Shown in pieces: positions 45,863 to 51,417 of a DNA stretch of 51,417 nucleotides. The notes under the pieces are model-generated. The model was not told the origin of the DNA. It made no database searches and saw nothing but the letters and a program-made list of their open reading frames with translations. Position 1 is the first letter of the stretch. Every line of letters starts with the position of its first letter. Position numbers and translations under genes: made by a program. The DNA is from Thermoplasmata archaeon (GTDB lineage: Archaea; Thermoplasmatota; Thermoplasmata; GCA-020350865), in NCBI GenBank assembly GCA_036475875.1, contig JAZGAR010000073.1:1-51417 (forward strand), written 5' to 3'.

Positions 45863-46699
45863 CTCACCTTTCTTTTCAGGTTTTACCGCGGAGAATTTTA
45901 GGCTTACTATCGATTTTCCTAATTCTTTGCCTTCTTCAATTGAAATCCCAATGGTTTTGATAATCGATTCAGCCAATGGATCGTTTAACCAGACATTTTT
46001 ACTTGAGACCTCATTTATAATTTCAATGTCAGTAAATCCTGCTTCCTTGACAACCTTCAGATATTCGTCCTTTAGCATGGCACCTGATACGCAACCCACA
46101 TAAGCTTCTGCGGATTTCAGTACGGCTTTGGGAAGTTCCTTTAGCAGGACAATATCAGAGATCATGAGCTTTCCACCAGGTTTAAGAACCCTATTGGCCT
46201 CCATGAACACCGCTTTCTTATCTGGGGAGAGGTTTATTACGCAATTTGACGTGATCACATCCACTGAATTATCGGCAACAGGTAGATGTTCTATTTCTCC
46301 TAGGCGAAACTCAACATTTTCATAGTTGGTTTTCTTGGCATTCTCTCGTGCTTGTTCGATCATCTCAGTTGTCATATCCACTCCTATGACCTTTCCGGTC
46401 TTGCCCACCTTCGGAGCGGCAAGGAAACAATCGATTCCTGCCCCAGATCCAAGGTCAAGATATGTATCCCCTTCCTTTAAGGAGGCCAAAGCCACCGGGT
46501 TCCCACAACCGAGGCCGAGATTGGCACCCGCAGGGAGTTTCTGAAGTTCTTCATCACTGTATCCCATCTTCTTGCTCATTGCAGGTTTCGGGGCTCTTTT
46601 GTCTCCACAGGTACTAGAAGGACCACAGCAGGAACTATTTTGAGTCACAATGCTCGCGTACTCTTTTCTTACAACCTTCTTTATATCCTCTTCTTTCAT
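45854..46699 (-). CDS. arsM: arsenite S-adenosylmethionine methyltransferase
   Basis: VRKEYASIV...SCCGPSSTCG...GYSDEELQKLPAGANLGLGCGNP...LDLGSGAGIDCFLAA...VIGVDMT...ITSNCVINLSPDK...LKPGGKLMISDIV...YVGCVSGA. Confidence 0.85.
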   Translation of the reverse strand: MKEEDIKKVVRKEYASIVTQNSSCCGPSSTCGDKRAPKPAMSKKMGYSDEELQKLPAGANLGLGCGNPVALASLKEGDTYLDLGSGAGIDCFLAAPKVGKTGKVIGVDMTTEMIEQARENAKKTNYENVEFRLGEIEHLPVADNSVDVITSNCVINLSPDKKAVFMEANRVLKPGGKLMISDIVLLKELPKAVLKSAEAYVGCVSGAMLKDEYLKVVKEAGFTDIEIINEVSSKNVWLNDPLAESIIKTIGISIEEGKELGKSIVSLKFSAVKPEKKGEGG

Positions 46700-46729
46700 T
46701 TATTTCACCCCCATGTTTATCGATTTATA

Positions 46730-47011
46730 TTATTTCGTGAACATCTCTTTCATCATCGGGCCGAGGAAATTCTTTACCATTTCTTCGAATTCCCCAACTT
46801 TGATCAGAGAAATGCAGCATACCTCTCCCCCTTTTTCCATGCTTATCACGGCTAATTTATCACCTGCATGGATGTTTGCCCGCTCTCTTATCTCCTTTGG
46901 AAGGACCATCTGGCCCCTGTCATCTACGCTCACCACTGATTCGACTTTACAACAGCTCATATCCCCATCCACAGGGCCACAACAGGCTTCATCTTTCTTT
47001 TTTTTAGCCAT
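46730..47011 (-). CDS. AbrB/SpoVT-type DNA-binding protein with three vicinal Cys pairs
   Basis: 93 aa. SpoVT/AbrB swapped-hairpin signature DDRGQMVLPKEIRERANIHAGDKLAV. CC pairs at ACCGP, SCCK and VCCIS. Lies 30 nt upstream of arsM. Confidence 0.6.
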   Translation of the reverse strand: MAKKKKDEACCGPVDGDMSCCKVESVVSVDDRGQMVLPKEIRERANIHAGDKLAVISMEKGGEVCCISLIKVGEFEEMVKNFLGPMMKEMFTK

Positions 47012-47179
47012 TTTTTACCGCCTCAGTAAAGTAATAGATTTCAGAGTATTTAAACTTTTCTGAAAAATCAGAAAATACTGATAATTAGGTATATTCATGA
47101 TTTGTTGTAGATTGATAAGTGAATCAATAATAAAATAACTTCGTAGAATATCACCGGAACTTCATAAGTCTGATATCCA

Positions 47180-48112
47180 TTAAGGTAGATTAACACCAGG
47201 CAATACAATCCCAGCTATCCTCAAAACAACGTCGATTATCACCGAAAAGCTGAAGAACCAGAACCAACCCGCTGATTTTATGAAGGTTGAGGCGGCTGTT
47301 TTTGGGTGAGGGTTTTTTATCAGATTGATAGCGAGACCTATCAGCAGAACCGCGGCGAAACTCGAACCAATAAGAAATATGAGGCCGAGGTTAGTGAACA
47401 GGAACAGCACCACCGACATCACCAGCACCAAAATCCAGCACATGAGGATGAACTTTGCAACGCCTTTTATACCGTATTTTACTGATAGTGTGGGAACGCC
47501 TCTTTTCTTATCGTGTTCGGTATCCCTGCACACACCGCTCCAGGTGAAACCAGGTTCGAAGAAGAAATAGGTGATGAAAAGCAATAACGCCTCGATAGTG
47601 AACTGGTCCGTATATACAAAGAACACGCCCATGGGCATCAGCGCCGTGGGAAGAACAACGAACATGTTGGAATATGCAACCTTGCCCTTCATCGACTTTG
47701 AATAGACAAGAATGCACAGCATCTGGATGATCCCGACAATCCCGGTGTAGATGCTGAGATAAAGCAGTATCACAAGTGATGGTATTCCGAGAATGGCAGC
47801 ATAAGAAAGAAGGGCTTTTTTTGGTATGCCGTGTTTTACTGCCTTATCGATGGGCGAAGCTGTATCAAGTTCCGCGTCAAAATAGTCGTTTACAGCATAC
47901 CCTGATGTGACACCCAGGTAAGATCCAAGCATGATTAGCAAGAAAGTGATATAAAAATTCGAATCTGAATGTATCGGTGATGAAAAATCACCGTATAACA
48001 CGGATGCAAAAAGTGCCATGGCCGCAACCCATGGAAAGGTCACGATCCCTATTTTTGGCCTCATTGTTATTATGAGTCCTTTTAATTTTTTACCTGCCAT
48101 TCTTACCACCAT
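47180..48112 (-). CDS. UbiA-family prenyltransferase
   Basis: The ORF track starts at TTG 48139; the first ATGs are at 48112 and 48100. Polytopic membrane protein with AVNDYFDAELD (NDxxDxxxD). Confidence 0.8.
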   Translation of the reverse strand: MVVRMAGKKLKGLIITMRPKIGIVTFPWVAAMALFASVLYGDFSSPIHSDSNFYITFLLIMLGSYLGVTSGYAVNDYFDAELDTASPIDKAVKHGIPKKALLSYAAILGIPSLVILLYLSIYTGIVGIIQMLCILVYSKSMKGKVAYSNMFVVLPTALMPMGVFFVYTDQFTIEALLLFITYFFFEPGFTWSGVCRDTEHDKKRGVPTLSVKYGIKGVAKFILMCWILVLVMSVVLFLFTNLGLIFLIGSSFAAVLLIGLAINLIKNPHPKTAASTFIKSAGWFWFFSFSVIIDVVLRIAGIVLPGVNLP

Positions 48113-48164
48113 TTTTTGACGGGTTATGGGTATTATCAAAACCTATTTAATTTTACCTGTTTCA

Positions 48165-49535
48165 TCAGAGGATTGGAGCTTCTTCGTTCTGCTCCACAAC
48201 ATCCGCAAGCTCCTTTCCCCTGGTCTCGACACCTAAAACAAGGACACTTATTCCTGCAATACCAAAACAGACCGCAAAAATGGTGAGAGTGAGGTAAATA
48301 GAAATCGGCATCAAAAGCGCACCGAGCATGGGTCCAATGAAAGCGCCCATCCGTCCTATACCGCTTGCCCACCCGATACCTGTTGCCCTTGCCTCGGTTG
48401 GATATAACTCGGGGGTATATGCATACATACCGCTCCAGCATGCCGCCAAAGAGAAATTCAAAAGAGCGGCAGAGAGAATTAAATAGGTGGTATCCTCTGA
48501 TATTGCAAAGAAATATGCGAATAAGGCGGACAATAAAATGAAAATTCCCGTAACCTTTTTTCTACCTATTCTGTCTATCAAAACGACGGCAAGTAGATAT
48601 CCCGGGATCTGGCCCAAGGCCGATAGGATAATAAAGGAGTATATCCGGTCGATTGAGAATTGCAGTGTCCTGTAAAAATATGTGGGAAGCCATATCAGCA
48701 CACCGTAATTTGCCATTGTCAAGAAGAACCATGTTATCCAGAGCATGATGGTAATGCGAACAAATTTACGATGCCAGAGTTTTGAAAGGGAAACCCGTGA
48801 TGTTTTCCTAACAGGTGTTATGTAATCGAAATCAAGCTCTACTTTGTTCTCATCCGCTATTTTGCATATTATCTCCTTTGCCTTGTCTTCTTTTTTTGCC
48901 AAGATCAAATATCTCGGAGATTCGGGAACGAATTTGTAGATAAACAGTATCATGAATATTGGAGCGCCGGCAATCATAAAAAGAAAGCGCCATCCAAGAT
49001 CCGGTTTGGGAATGATGTACCAGGCCAAGCCCGCTGCAATCAATGTACCTAAAATCCAGAAACTTTCAAGAAAAACCAGATACTTTCCTCTGGATTTTGT
49101 GGGTATGAACTCAGATAAAAGGGCACTGGCCACAGGAAGCATCCCGCCGACACCGAATCCTGCAGCACATCTTATTGCCGCCAGCCAAATGTAATTGTCC
49201 GGAATAAAAGCACCGAGAAAACCGAAGACAGAGAATATGGCCACTGTTGCTGCGAACGTCTTTTTCCTTCCGATATAGTCTGAGGTCATTCCCCAGAACC
49301 AGGCACCAAGAAGCATGCCAATAAAAATCGAACCCGAGATCCATCCCTCTTCATGGGGTTCCAGTCGCCACTGGAATTTGAGTGCAGGTAGAATAAAAGC
49401 GATGATCATAATCTCCATTGCATTGAAGGCCCAGGTAAGGCCGCATATTAAAAGCAACTTTCGCTGGAATCTGCCTGTCCCTGTTTTGTTGATGAGGTCT
49501 CCTATACTCTCAGTTTTCCCCTCGTTTTCCGCCAT
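48165..49535 (-). CDS. MFS transporter
   Basis: The ORF track starts at TTG 49568; the first ATG, 49535 (MAENEGK), follows the OsmC-like stop. Twelve hydrophobic segments. Motif A-like SDYIGRKKT and DRIGRKKV. Confidence 0.85.
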   Translation of the reverse strand: MAENEGKTESIGDLINKTGTGRFQRKLLLICGLTWAFNAMEIMIIAFILPALKFQWRLEPHEEGWISGSIFIGMLLGAWFWGMTSDYIGRKKTFAATVAIFSVFGFLGAFIPDNYIWLAAIRCAAGFGVGGMLPVASALLSEFIPTKSRGKYLVFLESFWILGTLIAAGLAWYIIPKPDLGWRFLFMIAGAPIFMILFIYKFVPESPRYLILAKKEDKAKEIICKIADENKVELDFDYITPVRKTSRVSLSKLWHRKFVRITIMLWITWFFLTMANYGVLIWLPTYFYRTLQFSIDRIYSFIILSALGQIPGYLLAVVLIDRIGRKKVTGIFILLSALFAYFFAISEDTTYLILSAALLNFSLAACWSGMYAYTPELYPTEARATGIGWASGIGRMGAFIGPMLGALLMPISIYLTLTIFAVCFGIAGISVLVLGVETRGKELADVVEQNEEAPIL

Positions 49536-49551
49536 GTCAACGCCCTTTGGT

Positions 49552-50049
49552 CTACTTTTGATTTTCAACCTTAATTTTCGCCTCGATTACAACTTGCGAT
49601 TTCAGTGAGTTCGAGACGCAGCACGAATCATCCAGTTTTTTCACGGCTTTCTCAACCTTTGGAATATCCTCTTCTCTTTTAACAATGATGGTTGGTCTGA
49701 TCGTTACCTTCGTGAACCTGAAGAGACCATCGCGGTCTATATGTGAAACACCTTCTGCCTCGCTTTCATAGGATATGACTTCTACATCCTTGTCCTTCAA
49801 TAACCAGAAAAACGTGAGCATCGCGCAGGCTTCGGCTGACGAGACGAACAGCTCATCGGGAGACCAACTTCCTCCAGGACCGCCGAGATTCTCCGGCAGC
49901 GCTATTTGGATGGGAGGATTACCTTCAGTGGAGGTCTCGCCTTCATCATTTTGAGTCCATTTAATCCTGGTCTTATAGTGATATTTTCTTGGCTGGAATG
50001 ACATCATAGATATCAACTCCGTGCTCCTAATTGATGATTTTTCTTCCAT
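49552..50049 (-). CDS. OsmC/Ohr-family protein
   Basis: WSPDELFVSSAEACAMLTF ... CCVSNSL two-Cys pattern. An internal ATG at 50007 is an alternative start. Confidence 0.7.
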   Translation of the reverse strand: MEEKSSIRSTELISMMSFQPRKYHYKTRIKWTQNDEGETSTEGNPPIQIALPENLGGPGGSWSPDELFVSSAEACAMLTFFWLLKDKDVEVISYESEAEGVSHIDRDGLFRFTKVTIRPTIIVKREEDIPKVEKAVKKLDDSCCVSNSLKSQVVIEAKIKVENQK

Positions 50050-50132
50050 TATTGCATCTTAAGTTATATTCTTTTTCATTTACCTTAAAAAAGAGAACAA
50101 CCAATAAGAATATTAAGCGCCTTCTGGGACCG

Positions 50133-51128
50133 ATGATCCCCGTTGCCAAAGCCCAAGGTATCACGATCCACTCCCCTCCTCAGGCTATAGTGGCCTTTCA
50201 CTCGAGTCCCTATCCCGTGCATGTGCAGGGCGGGGCAATCGATATCTTCGGTAGTAGAGAATTTGGAACTCCTGTATTGAGCCCAATTTCAGGGGAGGTG
50301 ACCCTCATCGACAAAAGCAAGGTCGGCAGGGCCAGGTATTTTAAGACCGAGCCCCATGACTACATATTCGTGATTAAAAATGATGAGGCATGCGTTCGCA
50401 TGCTACACATGGAACCGGAAATCGAAATCGGGGAAAATGTAAAGGTCGGAGATAAAATCGGCAGATATATTCGCACCCCGCTGCTTCCTTTTTGGTCCTA
50501 TCCCCATGTTCATGTGGAGGTAAAAGATTGCAGCGACACCCAAAGCCCTCTGAACGCATTCCCATTGGAAAGGGTCGGTGGAGGGAATTTTCATGGCACA
50601 CCAGACAGAGATTATGTGAATATTGAAGCGAAAGTGCAATTGGCCACCAAGAATTATGTCATCGTCTCACCTCTAATTGACATCTTTGGGGGCATCGGTA
50701 ACTTTTGGGGAGTGGCCGTCGAAGTGGGGGATGAGTTCTGTCTCCTTGATGCTCAAACTCCTTGGAACTGTTACGGTGGCATAGCATTGTCTGAAAATTC
50801 GAGAGTTGATTTAGATCAGGAAGTGAAATTCGGAGGTGTATCATTGGGCAAGGTGGTAAGGGTCCATGGGAATATGGCAACCTACGCTTTGGGAGGAAAG
50901 TTGGGTGATGGTATAGATAGGTATTCAAAAGGACTTTTGTACAGGGACGTGAATAGGTTTAATGTTCCTTACAAACGAATCAAGGTGAACGGAGAGGTAT
51001 TCCTGGGGATATCCACGGGATTATCCCTTTTCGAAAACAGGGAGGTGAGGCTCATTCCGCTAAAACCTTTGGAGCGGGAATATGAGGTGGGGGAGGAATT
51101 GGAGATCATGTTGGATGTGGAGGGATGA
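50133..51128 (+). CDS. M23/LytM-like domain protein
   Basis: The ORF track starts at TTG 50031, overlapping the divergent gene, so I use ATG 50133. VHVQGGAIDIFG...GTPVLSPISGEV...LHMEPEIEIGENVKVGDKIG...PHVHVEV resembles the HxxxD/HxH peptidase M23 core. Confidence 0.5.
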   Translation: MIPVAKAQGITIHSPPQAIVAFHSSPYPVHVQGGAIDIFGSREFGTPVLSPISGEVTLIDKSKVGRARYFKTEPHDYIFVIKNDEACVRMLHMEPEIEIGENVKVGDKIGRYIRTPLLPFWSYPHVHVEVKDCSDTQSPLNAFPLERVGGGNFHGTPDRDYVNIEAKVQLATKNYVIVSPLIDIFGGIGNFWGVAVEVGDEFCLLDAQTPWNCYGGIALSENSRVDLDQEVKFGGVSLGKVVRVHGNMATYALGGKLGDGIDRYSKGLLYRDVNRFNVPYKRIKVNGEVFLGISTGLSLFENREVRLIPLKPLEREYEVGEELEIMLDVEG

Positions 51129-51145
51129 ATGAACTGATGATACAC

Positions 51146-51417
51146 CTATGAGTAAAGAGAATACTTCACTGCCCAGAGTGCTTTAGGGCATTGTTTTACA
51201 AGTTCCGGAAATTCTCTGCGAAGGATGCATGAGGATTTTCCCTTGACATTGTTCATTATCTTTGAAATGGAGAGTCTGGGAGGATATACAAATTGGAGGT
51301 GGACCCTATTGAGATATACCCTGATTTGAACGACTCCGCAATCGAGATCATCTAAAACATCATGGATTATGTCCTTGGTCCTTTTCTGAATAGAACCCTT
51401 TAGCAATGGTCTATTGT
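51146..51417 (-). pseudogene. tnpA: IS200/IS605-family tnpA (Y1 HUH transposase), degenerate and truncated; runs off the right edge
   Basis: ...RPLLKGSIQKRTKDIIHDVLDDLDCGVVQIRVYLNRVHLQFVYPPRLSISKIMNNVKGKSSCILRREFPELVKQCPKALWAVKYSLYS*. The HUH position reads NRVHL instead of DHVHL. The frame stops right after the LWxxxY segment, before the usual C-terminal helix carrying the catalytic Tyr. Confidence 0.6.

Noticed and set aside
1-51417. CRISPR arrays, rRNA, tRNA, integrases, toxin-antitoxin or other defence-type modules.
   Set aside because: I saw no regularly spaced direct repeats, no tRNA-like T-arm/acceptor patterns in the intergenic regions examined, and no nuclease, helicase or methylase signatures in any sizeable ORF.

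Overview
The window looks archaeal: it has BRE/TATA-type promoters, a UbiA-type prenyltransferase and tightly coupled operons with Shine-Dalgarno sites. I saw no rRNA, tRNA or CRISPR array. About 60% of it is redox machinery, dominated by two long minus-strand heterodisulfide-reductase (Hdr) operons. Operon 1 (15716 down to 3286) is hdrC-hdrB, then three giant tandem HdrA proteins and two MvhD modules. Operon 2 (32829 down to 20988) is hdrC-hdrB, an HdrA-fragment::NuoE fusion, a NuoF-like subunit, a 2Fe-2S::HdrA fusion, a minimal HdrA, another HdrA, mvhD and an Fe-S protein. Lipoyl-cofactor genes are interleaved with these operons: three GcvH-like carrier proteins, three LplA-type ligase paralogs (one fused to a Cys-rich DUF116-like domain, one truncated at the left edge) and a LipS/BioB-like radical SAM enzyme. 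No glycine-cleavage or 2-oxoacid-dehydrogenase genes are present. A DRTGG/PHP/CBS-HATPase/HATPase sensory cassette sits next to this cluster, and a GlcD/GlcF-type 2-hydroxyacid oxidoreductase pair lies at the left end. The remainder is accessory or housekeeping: an M28 peptidase, VOC protein, SRAP protein, TfoX-like protein, MacB-type ABC exporter, an AbrB-like(CC-rich)/ArsM/RcnA-like metalloid cluster, UbiA, an MFS transporter, OsmC, an M23-like protein and a degenerate IS200 tnpA at the right edge. The main candidate for an undescribed system is an Hdr complex that is physically fused to a NuoEF-type NAD(H) module and genetically tied to dedicated lipoyl-carrier proteins. All calls rest on motif reading of the supplied translations and my own translation of selected regions; no database search was run.
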